Source of the DNA: Phoronis australis | Taxonomy: Eukaryota; Animalia; Phoronida | Length of the DNA stretch: 64,000 bases | Reading direction: 5' to 3' | NCBI GenBank assembly: GCA_002633005.1 | Contig: NMRA01000342.1 | Location: 416,301-480,300 of the forward strand | Shown: piece after piece, positions 24,501-39,500 of the stretch | How positions within the stretch are numbered: position 1 is the first letter of the stretch | How the letters are laid out: every line of letters begins with the position of its first letter | Notes under the pieces: generated by a model | What the model was told of the DNA's origin: nothing | The model's database searches: none | What the model saw: only the letters and a program-made list of their open reading frames with translations | Translations under genes and position numbers: made by a program

Positions 24501-27500
24501 GTATTTGGAATTTCGTCCCTGTGTTGCAATAGCGAGGATATAGTAGACCTTCCCTAGGTCAACCTACATGTAAATCACATAGGGTAAACAACTGTATAAT
24601 ACAAAAAGACAGTTAACTTTTTGAAGGCATCTTTGGCTAATTTTAACACAGTTTACTTCGTGTTTAGTTATTCTGGACCTTAGAAGTCCGTATCTATCAA
24701 AGGGAAATCCGAATATAATGATTATTTAAGGCTAATGTAGGACCCTACATAAATGGTCAAATTTGGCTAAATTCGGAACATCAGATCGAATTCACATGAA
24801 AATTTCAGATACTATGCTTTATGGGTTGTTATAAAAAACGTTGTTATGTATTATTTTTAAAATGTTCCATGAGGGGTTATGAAAATGGAATGTTCATGAT
24901 TTTCGTGGAAAATGTTTAAGTTGCTATAACGAAAACGAAAAGATGTTTTAGAAAACTGCGACAGCGTATTTGAGGTTTCACATTGATCATTTGCAGCAAA
25001 TAAAATTTGACCATGTTATCGATATCATACAGACTACGTACAGTACCTTTCTTTTTTGAGAAATTTTGGTAAAAAGATATGGTCAAGTGACCTGATTGAT
25101 ATAAGATTGGTAGAAAGTCAGAAATCACATTCTACAGGCTTTCTTCGTTCAGAAAAGTATACTTTTACTGGGTTAAAATGTAAAATTTCCTAGATACGTT
25201 GCTAAATGCGCAGGCATGTCGATAAGGTCCTACATAACCTTGACGTGGGCGGTTGCATGGTCTGCTGTTAGCTTTAAGAAAGCGCCATGTTGTCGACGAG
25301 ATCTCGTTTCCCGTTTCTGTAAGTCACCCGTGCTATGACTGGCGTCACACACATATTTGTTCCCTGCCTTTTGTTGATAGTTAGCATTAGATACTGTTAA
25401 AAAGTGAAAAATGTCGAATATTTGAGACTTGTTATAAGGGTGAATTTCTTCCATTTCGCGCTTTTATTACACAAGTATTATTCAGTTGGTTGTACTATAA
25501 TGCATTTTTATGAACGGCAGTTTTCGCCATTCACTGTCCGTACAACGTACGTCTGCATTTCAAGTGCCCCAATCGCATAGTAATATCATTTTCAGGTTTT
25601 CGTCCGCAACCTGTGTTTGCGGGGAAACGACTGGGATCTGTCGCTATGTTTACACGTTACGGCGCTCTGATTGGCTGGAATTAATAGCTTCATGGATATG
25701 CCGGGTCTTTTCACTTAGTCGTTAAATCGAAGCTGGGGTTGGAAATTGACCGGCGTCTCACCCATCAGAAGATGAAATGTAAAGTTCATAGTTTACTCGG
25801 AAAGTCTTGATCATTGCGTAATACTTTCACCTTGAAGGATTTTGTGATGAATTTCATTTGTACAGAGGTCGACTAAAAAGATTTAAAATGCCTTTAAAGT
25901 AAATACGGTATGCCGTTTTAATTAGATTAAAACGCCTATTTTCTTTTAATGGTGAATTTAAGTATCGTACCAAGCCACTGGTTTGGGCAATAAGTTTATA
26001 GTAAGATTAGAAGTACGCTTAGATTAGAAGAAAATTAGAATTTCCATCATCGTAGTCTCCATAGTCGTCACTGTCATCTTCATTCAATCCTCATAGTCAA
26101 CCGGGGATGCGTTCCGTGAACCCAAAAACAGTAGCTTATCTTAGGGAAAAGAAGTGGCAATTTCGATCCCACAGTTCATTATTTCAAACTAACCGACCAA
26201 TCAGTAAAATCATGAACACACTCGCACACATTTACCATTAACTAGCGTGATTTTGCAAATTCTTGTAAGATCTTTCATTTCTCGCAAGAATTTATGTCTA
26301 CGGACAGCTACCCAGCAAAGGCATCTGGTTGTTTCGTCATCACGACTACCGGCTTATGAACCAGCGACGTAGTGGGTTGGCTACGCAAGCTGAAACAAGT
26401 GCAGTCACTACTTTCGTCGTTGTCGTCATTTTCGTCGTCATCATTTTCTTTTGCATCAATGTCACCATTATTGACGTCGTCTTCATCATTAAAATCCTTA
26501 GCATCATTTTTCATACATAACATGTCGGTCGAAGCACGCAAACGAACTTTCACAAACTTTACATGTAGGTCATTTTCAAGTCGACCAGACGACAACTTGA
26601 ATTACTCACCTCATTTACCAAATGTCATCTGTGTTTTATGTGCTCTATCTCTTCACTTTTGCCAAGTTGCTTGCAACTTTGCGATTTCAAGTTTGTAATC
26701 AGAGATGATGATACACCTACCTGTATCCAACAGTAAGAGGTACATCCGGCCTTTGCGCTCCATGCACCCCTGTACGTGCCTCCCGCATGAAAAGCACGTG
26801 TATGAAGCCGACTTCGTTCTGGCCCGTGAGTGTCAGACCATTCGTCTCCGCTGAATGAGCTGTTCGCCAGAGGGGATATTAAGGCTCTGTTGAATGGCTC
26901 TACAATGTACAAATGGTGTTTCTTTAGTATGCTTGCGTACAATTTCACGAAGAGAATAACAATAAGTTTGAGACGGTCGCAAACTATTGCAAATGAACCA
27001 GTGCATGATAAAACATAAAATACAAGATGTATTTACTCGCCTTATTTCTGAATTTGGTTTGCTTCTGTAAGAAATCATGTTTCGTTGAACACTGTCCTGT
27101 AGGCGAATTAGTATTAATACATTTCGCGAATGTATCGTAAACTTTAGGTGGAGATGATCAATGGTATTTTTCAGAATTCTTATGAAGTTATGACGGGCTG
27201 TTTAGCCTCAAACTCTTGTGTCCTTCTGAACTCTTAACAAGAGGACAAAGACATTAACTGTTTGAGCGCTGTTTAGCCAAAACGACTATTTTGTAGGGTC
27301 ACCTTGTTTCGAACAATGGCTAGTGTGAAATGTTTAGATTTTAATTTTTCGGTCCTCAAAAAATTAAGTCGTGGAATGGGGTAAGTTTACACTTCTAGCT
27401 TCCTATTGGACATTTTACCATAATTGGAATATTCTGAAACGACCTTTCGAAAACATCTAAGGATATTCCGAGAATACGCACATGGGCTGTCTTTTCGGTG

Positions 27501-30500
27501 GACCTATTTTCGTAATGGATCTAAAGGTGTTACCTTTGACTAAATAAACTGTTTCACCGCTGTTTTTTATGAAGCACGTTGTAAGTCATGTTTCACTCGC
27601 TGGTGTAGCGTTCTATTAAACGGCTTGATTAATCTGAGTTCATACTGATTGATTGTCAGTGATAGCGTCGACACGTTTCAGCACTTCAAACAAAGGAAGC
27701 AGCATTCAACAGTCTCCTCAGAGTTTCAAATTGATTTCAGATGAACTGTCTAATGAAATTAGATTTGAGTTTCATTTCCAATTTCTGACTGCAAAAATGA
27801 CTGCAAAATAAAACTGCTATAAAATGATTCATGCGGTTTCATACATGTACGACTTTTTCTACTCTTGGAGGTTTTTTAAGAATATTGTGAGGTTTGATCA
27901 GGAAATGTTTGAAGAAAGATAAACATTTGTACCTGACTTAGCACACAGAGCTCTTGCGTTGAGAATTTGTGATTGAGACAAAGCAACGTTATATAATTGT
28001 AAACACGAGAGGCGTCCTCTAAATAACCGCGTGTCGTTTTGACGCGCACCCACGCGCACTGTTCCTGTAGTATCCAACCCATGGACGCCTATGTGGTTGT
28101 AGGCAGTTTCCTTGGCGTCAACCCATATCTGGAATTCCAAAACAAATCATAGTGTCGCTCATATTAGCAAACGGTTGACCAGGCATGAGACTGTAACGGC
28201 ACATATAAGAAACATGAAAGATGGGCCACGCGCAGTGATTGCCTATTAACATTACACAATGACGCATTACATGCAAATGTTTGATAAGTGAATTTCAGAG
28301 AAACTGAGATGATTTAAGAATATAATTCATACCCGTATCTGCATAAATGTTATGACGAATCAAGTACGGAAATCAAGCCCTTCAAAAGAGTTCATTCATT
28401 TCATGATTCGACGTTTTACCGTTCGCTGGTGACTCTGCCATTTGTATTTTCACCTTTCGGTGAACTCGTGAACTAATGCATCCACTTGGCTCATTGGGTG
28501 TCATTCGGGTCACCACAAATTATATGACATCACAATGACAACTATCGTGACCACAAGATGAAAGACGATTTTTGATTGGTCGTTTAATAGAAAGGTAAAC
28601 GCAGAAGCGAAATATGACCGTGAACGACATTTTATTTCTCCATAAGTATAATTGTTAGTTCGTGCACGCTGAGTGTGGTGACATGCAACTTGTGATCGCA
28701 TTGATATAACCAAGGGATATTTGTGATATGCATGTCACATGATATGATATCTTTTCCAAAATATTGTTCCTTAGCTCTTGGACGTTTTTTAAAACCTCTG
28801 CACAACGTTATGGGTAAAAAACGGATAACTGACTGCCGGGACCAATCGAGTGATCGGCGTACTGTTTCAAGACCAAACATTCCCTTCTTCCATGAATTAC
28901 TCGGCCGATATAATCATACAATAGAAATATTGATTTCCAAATTTGGCCAACATGTTGATTTTATACCCCACAATGTGAAAATGACCTCGGCCATCCTCAC
29001 TTATTCTGGTCTGATTGACGTTAGTGAAAGCCAATAAATGTTATTAACACTAGTATGCGTGTGTTAGAATCCATTATGGTTGGTGGGTTTCCTTCCACAG
29101 ACTAAGAAAAGGTTGATTTTGAACGTTTTCCCAATACGCGCGCACGCTGAAATCCGACTGGGGTCGTTATGAAATATTTTGGGCCCCTGATCCTTTTTCT
29201 TTTCCCTTGGCCCTCATCATAGTCACCATTCCTTCTAATTTTTTTCTTTCTTACCTTATACTCTCCCAAACTGTAGTCATACGTCACAGCTAAGTAGTTC
29301 CACTTGTTAAGCGGGAAGGCGTTCCCATGGGTGGTATTCACGACCACGTTTTGAGAACGGTCACGCATTTTGACGTCTACGGAAGCGTTGGAGTCAACGA
29401 CAATTTGCAAGCCTGCATACGAGAGCACTGGCCCAGACATATAATCCGTGGTGTCTGAAACGAGAACAATCTTGGATTAGTGTGACGAGAAACCATTAAA
29501 CATTGTGCAATTGTCCTTGTGTTTGAGCGATCGCTGAGGGTGTACCTAAAGTGTGAAACGCTCACGTCCCTTTTGGCACTTCAACGTCGTATGGAGTCTC
29601 TTGAATTCAAACATGTTGGTGCTCTTGAGTTCGTTACTACTTGTAAGCACTACAATAGCTTTGAATTCGGGATATTCCATTAGAGCAGAATTGATGGCCA
29701 GTTTACAAATGCATTGTGAAACGGTTGTCAGCTAGATCACATCCGCAGATGTCACTGAAAATTTGGTGACGTGAGTTTCGTTCCGTAGACTCAAGAATCA
29801 CGGGGTCACGCGCTTCGCTTGCAACGCAGGGAAATATCTCGCAGTCATGCGTAATCTTGTGTGTCTGCGCTTCTCTTGAGACTACGAGTTGCAGACCAGC
29901 CTCCCGTTCAGTAACGCTAGGACCTCGTTAAAAAGCAAGACTTCGCGATATTACGTGAGATATTTCCGTGTAAGTGAGAGCACGTGACTAAAACTAGATT
30001 TTACCTAGGTCCTAGCGTATGTCCTAGCGTTACTGAACGCACGCCAGGCGTTTTAGGTTGTGAATTTTAACTTCAGAGTAACCGGATGGTGTGTGCCACG
30101 ATTTGCTCCAAGTATTGAAGCTATGCATTTGTAAATCACTTTGTTATTATTATGATTGTTCTTTAGCCATGGTCACACCATAAATCATGTTGTAGAGGAC
30201 CTATATTTAAATCAAGGTGGGTTCAAGTGAGGAAGGCTGTTATCCGTCATATATTGCTTACATGTACATGTTACTAAGTTTTCTGTGATGTCAACGGATG
30301 ATTACGAACCGACAACCGTCCCATAATGCATTTGGAAAACGACAGCATCGCTGTAGATGAATCGCTTCATCGTAACATTTACCTGAATAAACAATAACAA
30401 AGCACTTAAAAACGAAACTGGTATTGAATAAAGATTCATGAGCGTTTGCTTACCGGAACTTCAACCTAGTCCTACATTTACACACCACCTTTGTAAAAGG

Positions 30501-33500
30501 CATGTGGACCATTTATCGTCGTCAGTATTGTTTTATCAATAACTAAAAATTCCATTATTACTAGCTTTTTGGTTGAAATTTACATTAATTGTAATTCTCC
30601 ATGATTTCTAACTCACCAGTCAGTTTTTTCAACATTCAATAAGTATTTGATTGTTAAAAAGAAATCAAGCTCGTACTTTTGACGTAAACAAATGCCGCAA
30701 AAGTGAACGAAAACTCCATGTCTAGGTAGTAGCGACTGGGAATCTCCACGTGAGAACTGGAACTTGCGTTGAAACACAAGGCGCCGTCCATACGACCCCG
30801 GGGTCCTCGACAGTAAGTAACACCAGATAGTAACGCGTCGTTGGCAAACGGTCCAAGATCGGCTCCCTTGTAGAATCCATTGAGTTTCCAAAACCCTAGT
30901 GGATCCGGTGGATCAACTATAAGGAAAGAATATAGGTAACAGTGAAGTCTGATATATTTGTTATAAACATGACTTGCGCAAACGAAACTGTCTTTAAAAA
31001 GGCCACTTGCGATCATTAAACTGGTCTCAACTTGCTCTCGCTTTCTCTCGCGAAGAATAATTCCTGAGGTTTGGGAAAATTGCCAAATCGTTTGATGTTT
31101 GAGACCTTGCTTGGTGCATGAAACGAGAAGCCATGACAATCCAGTTTGTTGAGTCTGGTCTCAAACAGTAATCGTGTGAAACTGTTTGTTTTCCGAAGGC
31201 CAAAAATCACCTATGATCAGAGCTAGAAACAAGTCGAGATCAGTCATTTACGGGAAATGGTCTAAATCAAAAGTTAATCTGTGAGGCCGATTATACAAGG
31301 TAAATCTATCCTGCGTTGGAAGTCGCTATGACTAAAATCCGATCTGATACATCTATATCGGAAACTGTTAATCTAGAAATAGTAAATGAGGCCGTGGTAT
31401 ACTTTGGAGGAATATCAGTCAGGCATCAGCATTGTGTACCCTGCAAAATATTGAATAAGCTACCACAAGTAGATCTTTCAGTGATGGTGGTGATTAAGCA
31501 AACTTTGTTTATTTATGAACGTATGGTGGATATGGTTCGTCACTCCATCTGTTATCACAAGTGGATGCATTCCATTGGAGATGCACGCTGTAAGTTCTAA
31601 ATTTTTGGGCTAGTTACAAGTTCAGTAAGCTTGTCTGAGAAATCTCGTAACTAGATGGAGACACAAATTTTTAGAATAGGTAAATTAGCAATCATGGTCA
31701 CTTGGAATTGGAACACAATGAAACGAGATCGAGCGAATTCGTACGAAACTCGTGTTTAAATTCTGACTGAGAAGTTTCGGTACTTCCCAGAATCGTTTGC
31801 CTATCGGACGTACGAAATACTAGATTATCATTAAGTTTCAATATATAAGAAGGTTCATAGACCAACAAATTTTCACAATAATATCTCCTACACATCGTAT
31901 TTCTAATTCTCAATAACCAAGCTGACAGTGGCTATTTATATAAAGAAATTTGTTAGAAAATCACGAAGTCGCAGTTAAAACGAAAGTATAGCAATGGAAG
32001 TCGCACGCGTAAACGTAAGATAAGCAATGCAAAAGTTTTAAGAATCTTGGAAAATCTTTAAATGTGTCGTGCGCACCCAGTCGTCGATAGTCGCGATCCA
32101 GTCCTATTGATGGAGACCAAGGTTGTTTATTTTTAAGGGTTATAACGAAAAAAGTGAACAGTGAACAATAATTGAAATCAGAAAGTACAAGAAAGCATTC
32201 AATTAAGTGAATTGGGTTGACATTTAATTAAGTAAAAACAGGATATGAATGAAACTACGCTGACCCGTGACCAAATACAACATGCATGCACCAGGTGAGA
32301 TTTTTAAAAGGAGTTCCAGGTTTTAACTAACGATCAGATAAACGTACTTATGCTGCTGCAGCGACTGTTCCACCAAAGTGGAGTATGGCGTCCGCCCACC
32401 TCCGGAGATCACCCCCAGAACGCCACTATCGGACTTCTTTTAAGGGTCACGTAATACATCTCTCGAAAATTGCAGTTTTCCCCCACCCCCTCTTGCAACA
32501 TGTTAGGCCCACCTGTTTGGACTGTCATTTTTATGAATAATAAATAAAGAGATAATCTATATTGCTGGTCGAATGGTAAGTAAATAATGAATTGGCCTGC
32601 TGGGGTAGTCTCAAATGTAATTAGCACATTGATTTCTTGTTATTTGTGTGTTACTAAAACAGATCTTTCGATATACGGTATAAAAATTGAGGTAACGGGA
32701 TCAGTGAACGATCGATTAACGCGGATTCACAGACGTAAATTATCCAAGGTATTGTTTTTCCCAGTCAATAGTTTATTGATGTTGCGACAAGACTGATCAT
32801 TCAGGCGTAACCTGGCTTACTTTCCATAAACCACATACGTACTTGCACATGCGTATAGTCCTTCAAGTGACGCGTTGTGCTTCCGCTTTAAGTGGCTAAG
32901 TCCATGTTTATGGTTCGGTTTTGAATGGTGCTTGTACATGAGTATAGTCCTTTGAATAGTGTGGACCAGAAAATAGACAACGTTAAAACTGCAGCTGTAC
33001 ATGTATCTTCACCTTTTGTCAAAAATTATTTGCGCTTTATGAGACTTTTCGCAATCTCGCGTCGAATTGGGCCACCAGCAAACGACACATTGCCGACATT
33101 TAATATGAAAAATGAGACGCAAAATTTCATAAAAAATGATATCTTTGATTCAGTAAAATTTATTTGTCATTTTCTTTCACTTGTAAATCATCAATCTCTA
33201 GTTTGAATGCGGTTAACGTGTCGTCGGGATCCTTTGACTTGAGCATTGTACTCAGTAACCAGTGGTAACCTACTTTAGCAGACGATATTTTCACGGTGGA
33301 AGTTTAGCATGATAAGATGTGTATTAAGCTAGACTAGTTGCTTAAAACTTTATAGATTCACTTTATCACTATTTGGCTTAAATTTTCAATTGGTTTTGAT
33401 TAAAAACATTATTTTAACAATAATAACTCGGCGTTTCTTGAAAGGTCAAGACCTCCGACCCCGCGCTTCTGACATATAAAGTAGTCGAGAAAGGTAGATC

Positions 33501-36500
33501 GACTCATTGCAATGTTTATCGTTCAGTATGTAGTATAAATAGATTATTGCATGTTCTCAGTTGTTATCCGCTTCTCTAGATCCCTCGTGGAGTTTGTAGA
33601 ATTATAATTCTCCAAAATCCACTCGGGCTCGGGTAACGACTTCGCCATGTAATAATCTATATTTAAATTACCGCGTCATACATGTTATTTTTGGCTGTGA
33701 CGTGATCCCGATAATGTTTGACTATTTTGTGCGAATATAGGGAGATTCGCGTCGCTTTAAACGCATAACCTGTGACCCCCTCTTTAAGTCTGATTTGGTA
33801 AGATATCGAAAATATTTTTATTTTGGTATGGTTCTCAATCTTTCTTATTAGTTTCAAAATAAAATTAACACAATTACTTTGTCTATAAATGTTCTCAAAG
33901 TTAAGCTGCAAGAAAGCACTCTTTCCAAAATCCTTATTTTGCCGGGGGTCGCTTGATCTTATCGAACTAAAATGGATTTTAACAGATACGATTTTATGTT
34001 GTTATATTTTTCATATTTATTTTAAACTCCAAATAAATTTCGCATTCTAAGATTTGACCATTTTTTGCCGGAAATCGACTTTTTTCACATTCAACATATA
34101 TTTCTATCTAGCGGATAAATATTGCGATAACTGGACACCCTGGGATTTGTTATTCAGTTCACGTTTACCTTCGCGTTTGCGTAAAAATATTTCTGCTGCA
34201 AAACCCATTTTTGTTACCGTAACGTGAATCGGCACGCGCAGTTAAGTATGCGTCGTAATTCACGTTCACGTCGCTTTGCCAAACCTCAATAACACAACGT
34301 GAGCATTCTGTGCAAAGCGAAACAAATTGCGTGCTCAGTTACAGAGAAAATGCGAGTCTTTCGGTAACATCATTGCAAGCACAGGTGATTGAGAAGTAAA
34401 ATTTCGAAGAAGTCCTTACCTACGATAATACAAATGCGAAATATGAATTACATGGTGCACAGTATAGTAGCATAGAAGTGGCTTTTCTGGCCGACTTTTT
34501 AGAAATTTAAATAACAAATACTCTGGTCTCCTATTTATATATAGGTGAAATTATTTCTCTAATCTTCACGTACATGTAAAAAGACACGCAAATTATGAAA
34601 AAATAGGAAGGGCGCAATAAAACATTTGGGCGCAGTTAACTGAGCAGATTTCGATTGATAGGATAGTGTTTCTAATGATGCTTTGGAAAATATTACATTA
34701 ATGGTCAAAAAAGATCAATTGTAGTTTTTTTTACCTCCTATAACAGTAGTAGATCTATTTTGAAAGGAGTAGAAATTTTATTCAGTCATTATCGCGTGTT
34801 CAGTTTGGCAATGTTTATTTCTTTAGGTAACGAGAAAAAAATTCTCCAGTACTTACCACTTGGTTCGCAACGATGGCGAAGTTTTTGTATATCTACCTCC
34901 GGCAGCGCCATGTCGAACATCCGGACGCACGTGATCTGACCTTTGAAATATCTCGCATCACTCGCTGTCTCGTCACGCGCGCCTATTCTCGCATGGTACT
35001 GTGTCCCAAGTTCGTAAGTGCCCACCGTTTCTTCTAAAACATTGGTTCCCTCGTGATACATCTGAAATGAATGTGTATGTAAAAAGAACGAAAGTTATTG
35101 AGGTAGGCCAAGTTTGAAGCAAACCCCTACAGTTTGGCCCAGTGGGATGAGCCTTAGGCGCGCTCCAAAATTTAGACATTTGTGAAACACTAGCGGCAAG
35201 AAACCGTGACTTAAGGAATGAAAACAGTTGCTGTTTTACAGTGCGTAACACAATTCCCTTTATTCACGGTTCCAGCCTCGCCGACAAACACTTGCTTGTA
35301 TGTCAGAAGTAGACTGACACTAGTTTCAGTTTAATGAGTTCTGCTTTTTTGTTTTGTTTTGTTAGTCTACCAGCAGATAGCACCAGATTGCCACGACCCA
35401 TGATGTCAGGACATTGTTGAGGTATATTGTTTACAGTAGAATAGTAGGGAACTTTCTAGGAGATTCTAGTAATGTAGTCTGGAACTGGAACATTCTAGAG
35501 CCTAGTATATGTTTGCGGAATGGCTGAGTAGATTCCAGAAATTTCTGGAAATTACTTGAATTGGTGAAAAGCTCTAGAGCATTGTAAGAGACTGTAAATG
35601 CTCAAGGACGGGTAAGTGACGGTTAGATAAGTTCAATTGAAGTTGAAAGACAATTGAAGTTACAGTAGATTTGCAGTGAAGAGAATAGGTTGTTGCAGTG
35701 CGCGTCAGTAGAGAGCTAGAAAGCTATTGAATCAACGAGTGTAACGGTTGTTGGAAGTGTCTCAGACATTGATCACAAGTCAAGGCTTGGGAGCACTGGA
35801 TGGGCCATATAGTCGGACATTTTGTTTGAGTAGACTTGTGAACGTGAGGTCGAGATTGATAAAATGATTAACTCCAGCAAGCCTTTAGTCTATCGTCGCA
35901 ACGACGGTAACAACTTGCGCCCACCCATCCACGGGAATAAACACGACAATGTGAAGCGGCACTTTGATGCTGTCTTGCACTAATTGGGATCTTGCGTGAT
36001 GACGCTAAACTCGTAAGAAACTCGCCATGCAGAAGGCTAAAGTGGTACCCACCCAGAGACTAACTGGCCGCGATCTATTCTGGCTCATCTCTGGTCAAAG
36101 AAATGACGTGGAGTAACTGAGCAGTAAAACTTGTACCACCCAAGGGCATAGATTGATGTTCTTCAAAATAAGTTTTTTTTCCTTAAAGTATGTTTTGATG
36201 TCCGCTGAGTAAGAGCAACACAATGTATTCTCACTGTCCGTGTATGCTGTGCTGATGTTAGTACTCAACATTGGTGCGACACCTACCAGCATAGAATTGT
36301 ATGCATATAAAACGAACTTCCGTCACGCGCGAACCAGATTGCGCGGCGCACGCGTAGTAGTGGTTTGCATCCGTTGGTTCCGGTGTTGTTTCTTGCTATG
36401 GAATAATATATGTAGGAATAGAGTCGAATTTTTGTTCAGCAAAAACGAAGGAAGTTTAGCTAAGAACTGTTTTGATCGAAAATTTCTTTCAAACAATTTT

Positions 36501-39500
36501 TTGTTTGAAATATTTTTGGTTTAATGGCTCTAAGCGTTGTGAAACGGAGGATTATCTGTTTGCAATTCATCGATTCTTTTTTCTACATGCACGAACTCGA
36601 GTTTAGCTAAACGAATGCGACGGACCGCTTCACTCGGAGATCTGTATCGTTGTCTTTATGTGTGTAAAATCCACCTAAAGAGTTACCACTACAACCTTTT
36701 TTCACAGGTGTGATTGCTATTGAACCCAGCGAGCATCATTTCACAGAAATGAAGCGGAAGAATTTCCTTCCATTAACCCAAGCTCTTGACGAAGAAAGTT
36801 TCTATCGCGTCAATAATGTTGACTTGGACTACATCAACATCACGCTTGAACTAGACAAAAATCATTCGTCGCAAGCTCGTTTCCAGGGATGAAAAGGAGA
36901 CCAGAGGTTAGCGTAAATAGGCCATTATTACGACTACAACAGTGGTATAAAATAGTAAAAAAAAAAACAGTGCAGGTGGTCTGATGTCATTTGCGGTGCA
37001 TCAGACCACCTCATGGTTGGGCCCATTGCACAAAACATCTGAGCAAAAGCACGAGAGCCAAATTATGGCTCCTCGTGAAGAAAGTTTTCAAGTCTGCCAG
37101 TCTCCTTTAGGAAAAGGGACAGTAAAGAGCAGTAAAATATAATTATCTCTGGAAAAGATGGACAATGACAAACCGACACAAGAGATGTTGAAAACAGCTC
37201 ATGCACATCCACAATGTATATTTTAGTCAATATTTGGATGAATAGTTCATTCTAACTACGTCAGCAACCAACAAAGACAGAAACTTCGAAAGGTTAAACA
37301 CTGGTTGGTGAGTGACGCTCAGAAGCAATATGGAGACAAAGTTAATATTGTTAATAAAATGTAATGAAAGATAACTATAATTTGAAATAACAGATATTGA
37401 CGTGGGTGAGGTACGTCACCGAAATTGTAGCAACAGATAACAACTGTAAATATCAATTTGTATTTATTTCGAAAGTATGTGTTGACTTAGGCCTTTGCGT
37501 AACCGGACGTAGTAAAAAAGCGTGGTTTACTGCGCGAGTTGCTCCAGTCTGGCAAGACGATTCGGGGAGTAATTCTAATATTATATTGGTGCATTCTCAC
37601 AAGAAACTATTTGGTCTTCTTGCATTGAACTGGCGTAATCTCACCAAACATCCTCATTCTACTGAGCTCTACTGTTGAGAGCAAACTCCAGTATTAAAAC
37701 AAAATGCACACTTTCGTGAAAGGCAAAGTAAACATTGAGAGAAAAGTTTCACTAATGGCAATTGTGGTTGTGCGTTAGCAGTAATCGTGCAAATCACTTG
37801 AAAACTCCCTTCATACCTTTAAAATCCCGGTATCATAATCGTAAGTAACAGCTAGGTAGTTCCAGGCATTGACGACTAGTTTTTCCACATTTCTAGATAA
37901 CACAGAAGCTCCATTTGACCGAGACCAGAATCCTGCATAGAATTTAAGTTGTGACGGGTGTTGCCAAATGATGAATCCATACTCATGTCGCTGATCATTT
38001 CCCGCGGGAAATTCGAAGTTAAACAAAGGTCCTGAGTTCGATGCACCGACGTACACGTGAGCCAGCCACGTGATGGAGTAGCGAACGTCCAACGCGCCAT
38101 TGTTTGGAATATGGATGTTTGAGTCAAGCTCACCAATTAGCTTGTAACTTCCAGCTGCTTCACCCTGTAATAGTGTAATTTGTGTTACTGCTGTAATATA
38201 GTTCTCAGTTTGAATCATGCGCACGAGTATCAAGGTCATAGACCATGACCAACATACTAATTCACTGCGAGTCACTAGAGAAACCAAGGAGAATTTTCCA
38301 ACGTGATCAAACCAAAAGGTTAAAAAAGCTTCTGAATCTTGAAAAATTGGGTATAAGACACGTCATTAAAATTTTGACGAGCCACTGGAACCTTTGCCCG
38401 ACACAGACACGTTACTGGGCATACATGAATGGGGAGCCCAGTGTGTCCCGAGTGCGGTACTGACGTTGAAACCCCTAAACACCTAGTGGAGTCTTGCTCA
38501 GCTTTTTATAGACTAAGGAGCAACATACTGGATGGCACTGTTACATGGCTACAACATACATGTATAGTTCCTGGCAACAAATGGAAACGTCTGTCCGTTT
38601 TCCTAAAGCAGACTGGCAGACTTGAAAACTTCCTTCATGAAGAATCTGTTGATCGATAACGGGGCGCTCGTAGGTGTATAGTGTAATGGGCCCAACCATG
38701 AGGCCTGCGGACGTCTGATGCACCGCAAAATGACACCATACCACCTTCAATCTTTTTAGAGTGGTTGGTCACGTAATTATGTGGACGAATGACAGTAACA
38801 CACATGAATTTCTGAATCAGCTATTTATGCAACCCTGGATAACCAGCAAGAAACCGTAATAACCAGAACTGGATATCAATTCTTAACAATTTACTAAATT
38901 GTTTAAAGTCACTTTTTTAATATTGAACACCAGAAACTCCCAAATACTTTGCCCACGGCATGCTGCTGAGATTTTGAGCTAGATTTGGTATATGGGGTAC
39001 CTGCTAACACTGTTTTAAAATCAACGGTTTTGATACACTGAGCACTGAATGACAAACGAGTGAAAAGTTGCTATGTGGAAAGGTCCCATCTGAAATCCGA
39101 AACGACCCTTTAAAATTCAGGTAGTTCAAATATTCCATGTGCCACAAAGAAATACAATTCCGTATGCTTTAGTTTCAGCTACTTGTCACACTCAAAATGA
39201 ACAGGCGTGCCACACTAAGCTCGGCATTGTCCAGGACAGAAAATGTTTACACTGGAAACGGCCTGCCAAAAACCCAAATAGTTCCCCAAAACTGGAGCAG
39301 CTTAAACATTCGAAGTACCGCAAAAACCAATTCCTTGTGTTTCGACCACATGCTATCAGTTAGTAAATGGCCTATGACACATAACACATACTCTGGGATG
39401 GGCTCAACAGAACTCTACAAGAATCGTACCCACGAAATGCTGCTGCGAACGTGAGCTAGACTAAACGTTCACTGTACCAGACAGAGCTAGTTTAAAATGA

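Noticed and set aside
26308-26595. Asp-rich ORF suggestive of an acidic biomineralisation protein
   Set aside because: Low-complexity trinucleotide tract in an intron, with no phase-compatible splice sites or signal peptide
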